Assembly: GCF_025526975.1 (NCBI RefSeq)
Contig: NW_026515685.1
Span: forward strand, 1-64,000
Direction of reading: 5' to 3'
Origin: Fimicolochytrium jonesii
Taxonomy: Eukaryota
DNA length: 64,000 bases
Shown here piece after piece: positions 10,612-22,505 of the stretch. Both the position numbers and the translations under genes were made by a program. The stretch's first letter is position 1, and the number at the start of each line of letters is the position of its first letter. The notes under the pieces are model-generated. The model was given only the letters and a program-made list of their open reading frames with translations. It had not been told where the DNA came from and made no database searches.

Positions 10612-10759
10612 CACCTGCTGCCATCTGAACCTAGCCGTACACTTCAGCATTCTTCAAGGACGCAACGGTGAGCTAGCGCCTGATGCAAATAAATGATATG
10701 TATTGAAAATCACTGACTACGATTTTTGGTTCTCGTGACATATGGTCCCCGTCGGAGTA

Positions 10760-13700
10760 TCACCTTTTCCGAGCTTAAACATTGAGCGTGGGCGTCACGT
10801 TGGCGCACTTGATAGGTAGCTTTCACCTGTTTCAAGAGCTGCCATTCGGGATCAAAGCCGCCAAAAGCGTGTCCAAAGCTCATTCTCGGACAAACCTTTC
10901 CGGACCCAGCCCGATGTTCGCCGATTTGGGGGCTCTCGATGCTTACAAGGAGAAGATCTCCAAGAAAGTGCCTCGGCCTCCTCAAGTATTCCGTACATCC
11001 TACGATGCCGAAATCGCCTGCAGGTAGGTTGAAAGCGTCTTGGAGTGTCATTCTGTTCTTTGTCATTTGACCGACGGCCGCTAACATTTTGGAGCGAAAT
11101 AGATTTCTTCGCCACGACGACGTTGATGCAGACAGTCGAAGGATCATGGCGATAATCTTTGAAGAAACTCTCCGGGTGGGTAGTCTCCCGGATAGCCGAG
11201 AGCTTCTTCACAGCTAATTCTTGACTCAAGCATTACCCTAAAGATGCACAAGTAATTCTAATGTACACCTACTATCTGTCCCGTTGGGGGGATGACCCGG
11301 AAGCTTGCCTGAAACAGGTTTCGTGACGATGTTTCGCCTTCTTGCTGTGCTGCCAGATCTGATAAACTTTTCTTTCATCAGCTCACCGCAGCGAAGCTTT
11401 CAAGCCCATCGCTTGATGTTCGCTTTCGCATCTACATGGAGGAACGTGACTTCGAGCAGGGTACGATGGTTCCCCCAAACCCTGAGTTGTACTTGGACCC
11501 TTATAAATACCTCTGAAATGGCTCAGCCGCCCAATCTGAGGACATGGGAGTCAGCCACCTTTATGTTTCCTCATATGGTAAGGAAAAGTGCTGCAGGTTG
11601 TTCCGCTGAATGTCCTCGTGTGTATTGACAGCCGTCTATCACCTCATCCACGTCGAATATCAGTCCCTAGAGCGTCAAGCTACGAGGTTCCATCTCACCT
11701 CGTTGATGGCTCTGAAAGGATTTACGAGCTTTCTTGTGACGGAACTTCAAACATACCGCAGACCTCCAAAAGTGGACTAGTTCACAATTCTCAACATCTT
11801 GCATCTCCAGCTCGATGTTCCGCTTCTGGAAAATATGTATCACTTGCAGCGCAAAGCGATGGAATACTACACTAAATTGACGACCAAGTTTCCGAGAAAA
11901 CATGTTTTCCGCAAGTTTGCCAAATTTCTGGTGAGTGCGTCATAAAGACACCGCTCAGCAGATAATGTTTGAGGTTCTTGACTGCCTTGGAAGACATTGC
12001 TGATCAGCTGTACTCTGGTATTCAGATCACCGTAACAAATAAGTCAGCAATTACTTGTAGCCAAGCTTCGCTTGCGTCTCATCTCACCTATATTCCAGTC
12101 AGGATCTGGCCGTTCAGTACCTGAAAAGAGCCGATGACATTGAGGAAACGGAAGAGATGGATTTCAGAGAGCGAGCAAACGGTTTCTTCATGGATCAAAC
12201 CGGAATGGGAGGAGACACCTTACCAGACCGGGAGCCCATTTCAAATTCGGTAAACATAGATAGCAGCAGTGACCGGATGCAGTCCCTGAGGAGACCGAGA
12301 GCGCGCATGGCGGTCGATACGATTCAAGAAAGCCTGTCGAGGGAAATCGATCAGTTCGAGCCTCCAATGCCTCTTCGTCAGCCGTCCGTTGAGGTGGTAG
12401 CGGAAGGACCAGCGGAGACTATACCTAACTCGATCTTCAGCAACGAGACGCCGCGCGTCGACCGGGCCCCAATGTTCTCTTTGGATTCGGGTCCTACAGA
12501 AACGAGCCGACGACCGTCCGTCCGTCCGCGCGCGACAATCATGGCGCAGGAAACGCCGGAATTTGTTAGTGACTTCGGTGTCGAATATCTGGGAGAGAAC
12601 GGGAAAATCGCAAACGTCCCAGGACCGAGATCTCAGGCGTCGGCACACGCGCATTCGTCTACAAGAGAAGCGAGGAAGCAGAGGTCCTGACAGCTCAAAT
12701 TGGAATAAAACTTGTTCGGAAAATTGAAGACTGTATTCGTAACGATTCGATTTCTGTGTGCGACTTTACTGGAATCATTGGTAAACTCCATGAACCTTCA
12801 GCAGTCTTTTCAAAGGTCTGTGTCTGGTTGATAACAGTGGCCCTCTCGTTAGATTGCCAACTACGTGATATCCGGACTCCTCTTCAACGCTCCAATCAGT
12901 GTCTTGAACACCATTGAGGTATATTTGCAGAAGCATGTGGACAACGGTTTCGTCTCCTTTCGTTTAACCTTGTGTCATCCAGGAAGCCACTAGACCGCGC
13001 CGCTTGATACCTTATGTCACTCAGCAAGTGAGGTCCTCACCGAGATCACTGCCGCGCCCCGAGAGATTAATCACAACGTGCGTTTTCTTGCAGATGCGTC
13101 TGATGTCCAACGCGGCTCTCACTGGCAATGTGAGTGGTTTCAATGCGAACTATCAGGGGATAAGCAGCATCCATCGTTTAGCACACCGAAATGTGACATG
13201 ACGTTGCTCTCTTGACACGCCTTCGCCCGAAAACAGTTGTATAATGCCACGACGGAGTTGTCCGACAATATTTTACCTACTCTTTTCCGATACGCGAGCG
13301 ACTTGCCTACTGCTGCGATAATGCAACCGATAACGTCAGGGTATGGTGCCGTCAAGAAAGTGGAATCCGTAACCAAACTGATCGACTTGATACTGGAAAT
13401 GCGAGCTTCATGCTTTTTCGGTTTTAGGTTGTGCTCACGAACTTTTTCAGTTTGACGAGACTCGTCAGGGACAGTATGAGTTCTCTCATGACGCTGCCAT
13501 ATGCCCAATGGAGCGCTCGACCAGATGGGCTTCTGCAAGATTCGAACCTCCAGTTTTTCCTTGATAATGCTCTGGCTGTATGTGCTTCCCGATTCCAGTG
13601 CGGTGTACATCTTGGCGAAAACCAGCTGATTTTCGTTGAGCAGATCGGCGACGCCCTTGACAAATTTGCACATCATTTGCTTTCCGAATATGTGGTGGAA

Positions 13701-13904
13701 TCCACAAACCGCCGCTGAACGGTGATCGGATTGACGATTGGCGGAGCGGTCATCATCTTGGCGACCATGGCTTGCGTAAATTTGACCTTTAGACATGCGT
13801 ACGCAAGTAAGCGGCTGATCCTCAAAGCAATGTTGCGCATCCCATCGAAGCAGAGAAGAGGCCTCGTTGATTCCGTGGAGGAAATGATTGAAGGTGAGCG
13901 TTAA
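10760..13904 (+). pseudogene. TmcB (tiny macrocysts B)-like multi-exon membrane/TPR protein, truncated and disrupted
   Basis: Exonic peptides PQVFRTSYDAEIACR, PSLDVRFRIYMEERDFEQ, VEYQSLERQATRFHLTSL and AMEYYTKLTTKFP...FRKFAKFL, followed by TM segments. In-frame TGA at 13716-13718 within an exon. No N-terminal membrane domain is visible. Confidence 0.55.
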
Positions 13905-14744
13905 CATCTTTCCTATCAAAGCGTTAACATCTTTCCCTCTAGACGGGGAGACTGATTATGGCATCCAACGATCGTCGTTACATGGTCTTGGTACTTATTG
14001 CGCTGTCAATGTATCTGTATTGATTCTTACGTGTGAGAAATTGATCAAGGTGATCAAATATTTGTGCAACGAGCTGCCGGCGAACGACACAAACACTTGG
14101 GCACCTTACACAGTGCAACAGGAGCTGTACTATAGGCTTTGGGTGCTTACGGTTCGTTGCATCTGTCTGGGACGATGCGTGTTCTCATTCCACCTTGTTT
14201 CAGCTGATTTGGCCTTCTTCTCAGGAACAACATAATGCGGTCATCTCAGGCGCATACGGAGGGCTTTCAACAGTAAGCGGCCGTCGAATTGATCGCGAAG
14301 CAATCCAGCAGAGGGTAGTGCAGCGACATGTGGCGGAGGGTGGCGTAGCAGCACGTGACCTGCCCAGAGGGTATATATATCCACGGTGGCCGGCAGCCGT
14401 TCCGTCTCTTCCTCGCGCAAATTTTTCTCTTTCTGACATGCAAACCCGTTCTGGAGACGGCCACCAAGTCTGGCCACCAAGTCTGGCTACCAAGTCTGAA
14501 CACGCACCACCTCTACCTACAACTACTTCTCCTTTCTGCCGCTGCCTCTGTTTCCTATTGGCCAGCTTCCTGGTCCGTCTGCTTTGATTTCTCCATCCTC
14601 ACCAATTCCTGCCATGGCGACTGGCCAACCGGCAAGATTGACCCACACTTACCCCTTTCCCCTCCACGGGCCCGCCTCCGTCCGACTCCGCAACGACAGC
14701 AAGCTCTCGCCCACGCCCGACAAAACGCTTTCATCTACCACAGC

Positions 14745-16070
14745 ATGTCTACACCTGATGTTCGCACTGAAACTGTCCCTGACCAGGAGACCCCAGCGTC
14801 CAACCCAGCCTCCCGGGCGGACATCCGATCCGCTATCGCGGGCATGGTCATCCCGGCCTTCCGAGGTAGCAATTCGTATTCTTGATGATCCTGGCATGCG
14901 ATTCCTGCAACGCTTGGCGTTCTCGCTGCTGTCGAACTTCCAGAGCTTGCATGCGAATCTACATAACGTAAACAAACGTCAGTCTCATTATATCCCGGGC
15001 TCCCGACTGTCCCCGCGCCCGCTCAGCATCCCCTGATTGTGCCCGGCGTTTTGAGCCATTGGTCCGCCCTGCTGTTCTCCTCTCGCACCCGTTCCAAGTT
15101 GCTCATCCAATTCCTCTTGCGTGCGCCGCGGAATCCCAACCCGGCGTCCTGGGCTCCCTCCCTCAATCATCCCGTGAACGTACTCTTGCCGAGTATTGGG
15201 GTGTTCACAAATTGGCATTGGTCAGGCAGAAGTTATCATGGACTTGCCTGATCCGGATACTGCGGTGGCTCTTCGGCGCAGTCACCTCTATGTTGCTGAC
15301 GCCCCGTCTATCAAGCGAGAATACATTTCCCGGGGCGGTCTCACCGTGCCATCTTCAGAATTTACCAATATGCTTCGCTTGGCCTACATTGACCTTAATC
15401 GACTCCACCCAGAATCGACTCCTCCTTGAACAAGGTGCTGCCGGCGGCCTGGAGGCCATTGAAGCTGTTGGAGGTATCATCCTCCCGAGTCCCCGGTTAG
15501 GTTCCCGTAGTTTATTTCCTCACGTGACTTCCCTCCCGCTTACGCCACGCTTCCGCGTACGGGACTTCACTCTTTTCTTCCACTTCGGACCTTGCGTCCT
15601 CTTCACACTCTAGACTTCAATACATACTTCACAGTACTACATCTCACACAACATAGAGTTCGCTCAGTCATCTGCTTCCTCTGCTGACTACTGCTAAGTG
15701 AAGCGGCCCCTTCTACGAAGATCGCTGATTTCCAAGAATGGTCCTCCATGCGGACGCATCTTTCGCGTACCTACGGCACCCTCTATCCCACCCTCTTGCC
15801 TTAACTGGATGCCTATCGCATGCAGATCAATGAAAAGGCTGTTACCGTGGGCCCTGCATCTTGGCACGTCATGTATGCATATGATCAGGCCCTTCGTCGC
15901 CACTGGGCCAACTACCCTGCGACTCCGCTCAACGTTGAGCTGCCGGAGCTCGTCCAGAAACATTTCCTCATGCCCTTGGTTTTACGTTTCCATGCTCCCA
16001 ATCCTCCCAGCGGCACTCAGCCCACCCGATACCGACCAGAACGCGCTTCCGGGTCCTCCCCGGCACCCAG
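14745..16070 (+). pseudogene. DIRS/Ngaro-type retrotransposon gag-like ORF relic, interrupted by a solo LTR
   Basis: KIADFQEW...YP...LDAYRMQI...W...YAYDQALRRHWA matches the W..YD..FR pattern of tyrosine-recombinase retrotransposon ORF1. Several stops are present. No RT or YR found. Confidence 0.5.
15466..15699 (+). mobile_element. Solo LTR (family 2) with GAAGC target-site duplication
   Basis: GAAGC at 15461-15465 and 15700-15704. Homologous to 6205-6439. Confidence 0.85.
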
Positions 16071-16369
16071 ACGTACGTTTCCTCTGACGTTACAATGTTG
16101 CATGTTGAAGGGCGATCTACTCGTACCAACCCGGAAAAACAAAAGATTGCAAAGTTGCCCACGCGGAGTGTTGTTTACAAATTTAACTTGATTACGTGAT
16201 CACAGGGTGATAGTGTCCTCCAGACCATATTTGCCGGACACCAGATTTTCTGGACAGCTTGAGTTGGATTGGGTTTGGTTTTTGGTATGACTTAAATGGT
16301 GCAAGGAGTTTGGTTTGGTTTTTTATGGCAGAATCCGAGGCACATTGAACACAAGAAAGTCTCACCTTA

Positions 16370-16559
16370 CAGAAGGTGGCCAAAAGTCCGGGTACAACGG
16401 GTTCACCAAGCCTCTGTGTGCAACCCAAAAGTCAACGACCAGGTGCCATCAATTTGCGTACTTCTTCAGATGGGAGCCAGGCCGGCGACTTCTGCTGGTG
16501 GCTATGCTGAGGATGATGTGTCCTTGTTGCGTCGTACCCGGACTTTTGGCCACCTACTG
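16370..16559. mobile_element. Tc1/mariner-type MITE (190 bp)
   Basis: 30-bp TIRs CAG(A/T)AGGTGGCCAAAAGTCCGGGTAC(A/G)ACG (28/30 match), flanked by TA on both sides. Confidence 0.88.
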
Positions 16560-16617
16560 TATCCTGACCTGCCAACCTTAACCCTAATACTATCTGCATT
16601 TTGAAGTCTTCTACGTA

Positions 16618-17870
16618 CAGTAGGGTGACAAAAGTTCTGCAAACGCGTCACACCCCCATTCTTTGCCCAACTTCAAAGCCATTCCCTGGCCAGAGCCGCC
16701 CGTCGTTTGCCCCCAAACTTTTACCATGCCTCAGCACACCCCCAAAGACAAAAGGATTGCCATCATTGCTCACCATCGCGTGGGCATGCCTTTCAAGGAC
16801 ATAGCAGAACTTGAGAACGTCTCCATTGCGACCGTCTCCCGCATTGTCAAGCAATTCACCGAAACTGGCTCCTGCGAGGCCCGTCCACGCTCCGGCCGCC
16901 CTCCCAAGCTCTCTGAGAACGACTCCCGTTGTTTGCTCCGGCTCACCACTTGCACGGCTGAGGAGTGGCGCACTCCTTTGGCCGACGTGACCCAACAGCT
17001 CAATGCTGGGCGCTCCGATCCTGTCTCCAAGTGCACCATTCAGCGACGTTTGCATGATCTGGGTCTTCGGCGGGTCTTGGCAGTCCAAAAGCTTCGTCTG
17101 CTGCCCCAACACATCCAGGCACGGGTTCACTTTGCTAGGGAGTATCAGGCCTGGACTGCTGCAGAGTGGTCTCGCATTGTGGGGACTGATGAAACATTTT
17201 GGAAGTTGGGGAAAGAGGGCCAAGTCCGCGTCTGGAGGCACGACAGGGAGCGTCTTCGCCCAGATTGCCTTCAAGAGAAGCAACCCCGTGGCAGATCCAT
17301 CATGTTTTGGGGCTGCTTTTTTGGTGACAATTCTGGCCCCCTCTTTGCTCTCCGCGGTACGATGGATTCCGACATTATTTGCGGGAACCTTCAGCAGCAC
17401 TTCATTCCCTGGATTGTGCAGGACAATCCCCAAGATGAGGCCTGAATTTTTCAACAAGACAATTCACCGCTTCACACCTCATGCAAATCAAAGGCATTTT
17501 TTGTGGAATGGCTCATCCCTGTCATGTCGTGGCCTGCAAAAAGCCCAGATTGAACCCTATCAAGAATCTTTGGGCCATTCTCAAGCGTCGGGTGCAAGCA
17601 CGGCGCCCACAAACCCTCAACGAGCTGGACACGTTGGTAAAGGAGGAATGGGCTAGTTTAGATGCTGAGATTTTGCGCAACCTTAACGAGAGTATGGTGC
17701 GCCGTATGCAGATGGTTATTAATGCAAACGGACAGGCAATTGACTACTGAATGATACCCCATAATTGTTCAAACCATGTTTGTATAGTAGGATTAGTGGT
17801 GGTGAGGGAAAACGTGTCGCATTGTATGTAGAAAACACGTCCGCGTTTGCAGACTTTTGTCACCCTACTG
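16618..17870 (+). mobile_element. Tc1-family DNA transposon (1253 bp)
   Basis: TIRs CAGTAGGGTGACAAAAGT(T)CTGCAAACGCG, TA TSD within the palindromic target TACG-TA-CGTA, internal transposase. Confidence 0.95.
16726..17750 (+). pseudogene. Tc1 (DD34E-type) transposase, inactivated
   Basis: HTH region, GRPPKL, W..IVGTDET, MFWGCF. TGA at 17443-17445 just before FQQDN. Frameshift in the SPDLNPIENLW motif, which reads NPIKNLW. Confidence 0.93.
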
Positions 17871-18676
17871 TACGTATCAATGATCTCTCTCAACGTTCCA
17901 CTACCACATAACTTAGTGAGGGGCCACGCACTCTCGCGCGCGCCTTTGGAGCCCTGGGCCGCCTCGAGAGACCGAGATCCTTCTCACAATTGCGCACACT
18001 TGCAACCTTGCACATCAAGGCAAACCCCCAACCAATCTCTAAAAGCCTTCACCACAGCGCAGGTAAGCAGACACACGCCACAGGGGAGGGAGGCTCACAG
18101 CGGGGATAACGTTATAGGAATTGCGGCCTCGCAGCGACCTCGCAGCGGCCTCGCAAAACCCATCCTGGCCATCCTTCTGCAGGCACTCCCTATGCGCGCC
18201 ATCCATACACAGGTACGCCATACGCGGGCACTCCTTACAATTCCTACGCGCCTTACCCCACCTCACTACCCATCGCACTAAGAACCTTCCCTTGACTTCA
18301 CCGCATTCTCCGCTCAATTTGAATTGGCTTATTTATCAACATCGCCTTCCACTGCTCAATCACCAACTATTTAAAGGTTTTACGGGTTTCCCTGGATATT
18401 AGGTCCTAAATGCGCGCACAGAGCAGCGTTCCTGATAAGTAGTTCATCTTCATCGACCCATCCCTCCCTCCTACCGTAGCTTGACATAGCACTCGATAGC
18501 TCAAACGAGTTCTTTCATTCACATCCACGTTGTGAGGTGCCACCATGCTGTTGTGGCCATGCCGTAAACACAGGGCTGCCTCCCCAACACCTTTATTCAC
18601 TTCGGCCGCACCACACAGGGTGCCCTCACCACGTCCACGAACAAAGATATGTGTGTATGTTGTTGCATAGCTATGG

Positions 18677-18720
18677 TGTCGTAGTGCAGGTGTAATTTAA
18701 ATTACACCTGCACTACGACA
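18677..18720. mobile_element. 44-bp perfect palindromic insertion with 5-bp TSD (TATGG)
   Basis: TGTCGTAGTGCAGGTGTAATTTAAATTACACCTGCACTACGACA is its own reverse complement. The empty site is visible in the sister repeat near 19109. Confidence 0.9.
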
Positions 18721-19264
18721 TATGGTACCCGCATCTTGGGCCCAGGGATGCTATTTCGAGGACGTCCACTTGCAGATTGGGCATGTGGCCCTCGGGCAAA
18801 TATATGTGAGCACGGCAGCATTCTTTGATCCACATCCGTGTTGTCCACTTGGTTCTCGTCCGCTTGGTCCACTTGGTTCACATCCACGTCGTCGTCCACG
18901 TTGTCGTCCACGTCATCCATTTGATTTCTCCATCCACGTTCACCGTCCTGGAGATGACAGAGGGATGTAGGTGGTGGAGGTCAAGCGTTCTGGTACAAGT
19001 GGGTGGGGTTTGGGGCCTCCCCAACACCTTTATCCACTGCGGCCGCACCACACAGGGTGCCCTCACCACGTCCACAAACAAAGGTATGTGTGCATGTTGT
19101 TGCATAGCTATGGTACCCACATCTTGGGCCCCAGGGATGTTGTTTTCCAGGACGTCCACACGCAGATTGGGCATGTGGCCCTCGGGCTAATAGATGTCAG
19201 CACAGCAACATTCTTTGATCCACATCCACGTCGTGCACGTGGTTCTCGTCCGCTTGGTCCACTT

Positions 19265-19829
19265 TGTGATGTGGACTACCTTCCACACGGGTTGTATAAC
19301 TGATGTTCGTATACAATAACTACTTTGCTGTAAGGTATTGTAGACGGACTGGGTGTTCGCCGGCGCTGCTATTCGGTATGTAGTAAAAGAACTACTTGTT
19401 GTGCATAGGAACGCGCGACGAGCACTGTTAAAGTACCCATGAGGTCGGAGTCCACTGGAGAACACTGTCTGGGACATGTCTCGCACACCTGGCGAGACAT
19501 GTCTCGCTGACGTGTTGTTCTCCAATAAGACCAGACACTCCACATGTGATGTGGACTACCTTCCACACGGGTTGTATAACTGATGTTCGTATACAATAAC
19601 TACTTTGCTGTAAGGTATTGTAGACGGACTGGGTGTTCGCCGGCGCTGCTATTCGGTATGTAGTAAAAGAACTACTTGTTGTGCATAGGAACGCGCGACG
19701 AGCACTGTTAAAGTACCCATGAGGTCGGAGTCCACTGGAGAACACTGTCTGGGACATGTCTCGCTCACCTGGCGAGACATGTCTCGCTGACGTGTCGTTC
19801 TCCAATAAGACCAGACACTCCACATTACA
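19265..19829. mobile_element. Head-to-tail double LTR-like insertion (280 + 285 bp) with CACTT TSD
   Basis: 19265-19544 and 19545-19824 differ at 2 positions. Termini TGTGATGTGGA...TCCACATTACA. The empty site is visible near 18870. Confidence 0.88.
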
Positions 19830-20284
19830 CACTTGGTTCACGTCCACGTCGTTGTCCACGTCATCCATTTGATTTCTCCGTCCACGTTCACCGTCCAGGA
19901 GAGGAGATGACAGAGGGATGTAGGTGGTGGAGGTCAAGCGTTCTGGTACAAGTGGATGGTTGACCACGTCATCAAAAGGGACTTTCCGTCTCTCTTTCCT
20001 CCCGGCATCACTTTCTCTCTAGTCATCCATTTGATTTCTCCGTCCACGTTCACCGTCCAGGAGATGACAGAGGGATGTAGGTGGTGGATGGTCAAGTGGG
20101 TGGGGTTTGGACCACGATAACTGATAGACCGCGGTTGGCCACATCCTGCCCCAAGTCGACATCCTCGGCGACGGGTGTGGTCAGCATCATATGCCAACTT
20201 TAAATAATTATTTCAGCACGTGGAAAAGATCGTACTTCACGTGATGGGACTTCACGAATTTCGCCTGAGAAAGCGCTTGTTCCC

Positions 20285-20731
20285 ATGTTCCATGGGCCCA
20301 GGGCAATGAACTGCCCCCATTCAGCAAACGATGTCATGTCTTCCGTCTCCTACACATTCCCAGGAAACTCGCACCACCAAGCCTCGCCCCAAAGCAGGGC
20401 ATCCTTCCACCGGCTTGCGGTTGACAACAAATGGCTGGTCATGACGCAGGACTTCTACAACGCTATCTTCGACGCGCGCGCCATTGTCGATGAGAAGAAC
20501 CTCGTAATGTGGTATCCTTCTGAGGAGGGCGATTGCAAGGAGGGCGATTGGCCGCCGGTGGAGCATTGCAGCCCTGCGGTGCTACATGTTATAGGTAAAG
20601 ATTATAGCTGCCCTTTTGGGATGTTCTCGGAAGAAATTCACATAATGCGTCGTTTTGTACACCCAGATTCGTCGACGCCATATTATTCTCCGCTTCTGGC
20701 AAACTGGCGGAAGAAAGTAGGGGACAAATAG
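20285..20731 (+). CDS. Hypothetical protein (148 aa)
   Basis: ORF with plausible composition and no recognised motif. Confidence 0.3.
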   Translation: MFHGPRAMNCPHSANDVMSSVSYTFPGNSHHQASPQSRASFHRLAVDNKWLVMTQDFYNAIFDARAIVDEKNLVMWYPSEEGDCKEGDWPPVEHCSPAVLHVIGKDYSCPFGMFSEEIHIMRRFVHPDSSTPYYSPLLANWRKKVGDK

Positions 20732-21202
20732 GATATTGGGAACGGATGCGGGCCGGGGGAGGGGTGTTTGGTTACCTTAGCCTGATAAAGGATTTCCACA
20801 TCGTTTTCTGGGTTGGACTCGGAAGTGGAGTAGTTTTGGCTGCTGTGGTCTCAAGCTTCTCCACTTCCGCGTTCTAGTCGTCGCACCGAACGATGTCGTG
20901 CCTGGTTTCAGGCGAGCGAGTCTGCCACTAGTGTGTACAACATCGTTGGGTGGGGAGAGTGGGGCGTGGTTAGGAGCTTCCCTAGGGAAACAGGAGGGTC
21001 CATGCACACATGCCACATAGTTTAAAAGTTAGAGCCAGGAATAGATTGCGGCGGGAGTGCTCGATATTGGCTCCGGAACAGAGGTTGTTATGGGAGCGTT
21101 ACGCCATCAGTGAAATGTAAATGTTCTCTAGTACTACGCTGCGTATTGTTCTACATGAAGCTGCAAACACCGGTTACGGTTTCGAATTGGGGTCCAAGTC
21201 CC

Positions 21203-22505
21203 TTAGTATCGATCGGGCTTGCTCTCGGGCTTGTTGTCAAGAATCTTCTCAATTTCGGCGAGGACCTCGGGGGTGAGCTTGGGGAGTACGGCGAGAGCCT
21301 TCACGTTCTCCTTGACCTGCTCGGCGCGGCTTGCGCCCGTAATGACCGTGGACACGTTCTTGTTGGCCAGGCACCACGCGAGAGCGAGTTGCGCCAAGGT
21401 GCAGTCGAGCTTCTTTGCGATGGGCTACGAGGTGGTAAGATGAGACATACTGAACAATGCCAGGATGATGCTGATCGCAAGACCGTTCCCTACCTCGAGC
21501 GCAACAACTTTCTTCAGCTTGGCCTTGCCCTCCTCTGAATCCAAGCTGGCCTCCCTGATCCGCTGCACGACAGCGTCTTTTTTGTAACCGAACCTCGAAT
21601 CCTCGGGCACAACGCCCGAGTTGTACTTTCCAGTCAGAACTCCCGAGGCCAGCGGAGACCAGATGGTGGTTCCCAACCCGTACTTTGCGTATAGCGGGGC
21701 GTACTCAACTTCGAACCTCTCACGGTGCAGCATGTTGTATTGAGGCTGCTCCATAAGCGGGCCAATGAGTCCCAGGGAGTCTGCGACGCGGTGGGCGTCG
21801 GAAATTTGCTCCGCCGACCTGAAGAGCACTTGATGTTAATCCCGTGCTGATTGAAGATTGACCAAGGATATTATTACCATTCGGAGGTTCCCCAGTAGAA
21901 AGCGTAGCCTTTCTCGATGACCCAGTTGAAGGCGCGGACGATCTCGTGCATTGGGGTAAGGTTGTCCGGGCGGTGGGCGAAGATCAGGTCGACGTAGTCC
22001 AGGTCGAGGCGTTCGAGGGAGGCCTTTGTGCCTTCAATGATGTGCTTGCGGGAAAGACCCTTGTCGTTGCTGCCGGCGCCTCCCCAGTACTGGAAGTTCA
22101 TATATATGACCATATCAGTTCAGTGTCTCCGGTTTGTCGAACTCGGACCCCTGAGAACGAGCCAGCGGACTTACGATCTTTGTGGAAATGACGAGCGAGC
22201 TCCTCTTCCATCCAAAGTGCTTGATCGCACGGCCCATCGATTTTTCGGACTCTCCGCCAGCATACACTTCGGCATTGTCTTTAAAGCTAGGTTTAGAAGG
22301 CAACGAACTTAGACGCTGAAATAGCAAGCAGATCTTACTCACCAAAGAAGTTAATCCCGGCATCGTACGCGGCCTTCATGCACTCAAACGCAGCGTCGTC
22401 GCCGACCTGGCCTCCATAGGTCACCCAACCGCCGAGGGACAGAATGGAGACTCTGAGACCGCTCTTGCCGAGGTGGCGGTACTGCATATCTGTTCCGGAA
22501 GCCAT
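21203..22505 (-). CDS. Aldo-keto reductase, voltage-gated K+ channel beta subunit (Kv-beta/AKR6)-like; 5 exons
   Basis: [81 protein letters not shown] introns. Confidence 0.93.

Larger units (their letters stand above)
18578..20110. repeat. Tandem repeat of an approximately 390-bp unit (two full copies plus a partial third) hosting two younger insertions
   Basis: CCTCCCCAACACCTTTAT...GGGTGGGGTTTGG recurs at about 18578 and 19016, and partially at 20022-20110. Confidence 0.85.

Noticed and set aside
10358..10615. H/ACA snoRNA with two hairpins
   Set aside because: No ANANNA box directly after the first hairpin, and the hairpins are near-identical duplicates.
15466..16094. One 629-bp TG...CA solo LTR
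   Set aside because: The flanks do not match, whereas 15466-15699 has a GAAGC TSD and interrupts a continuous gag-like frame.
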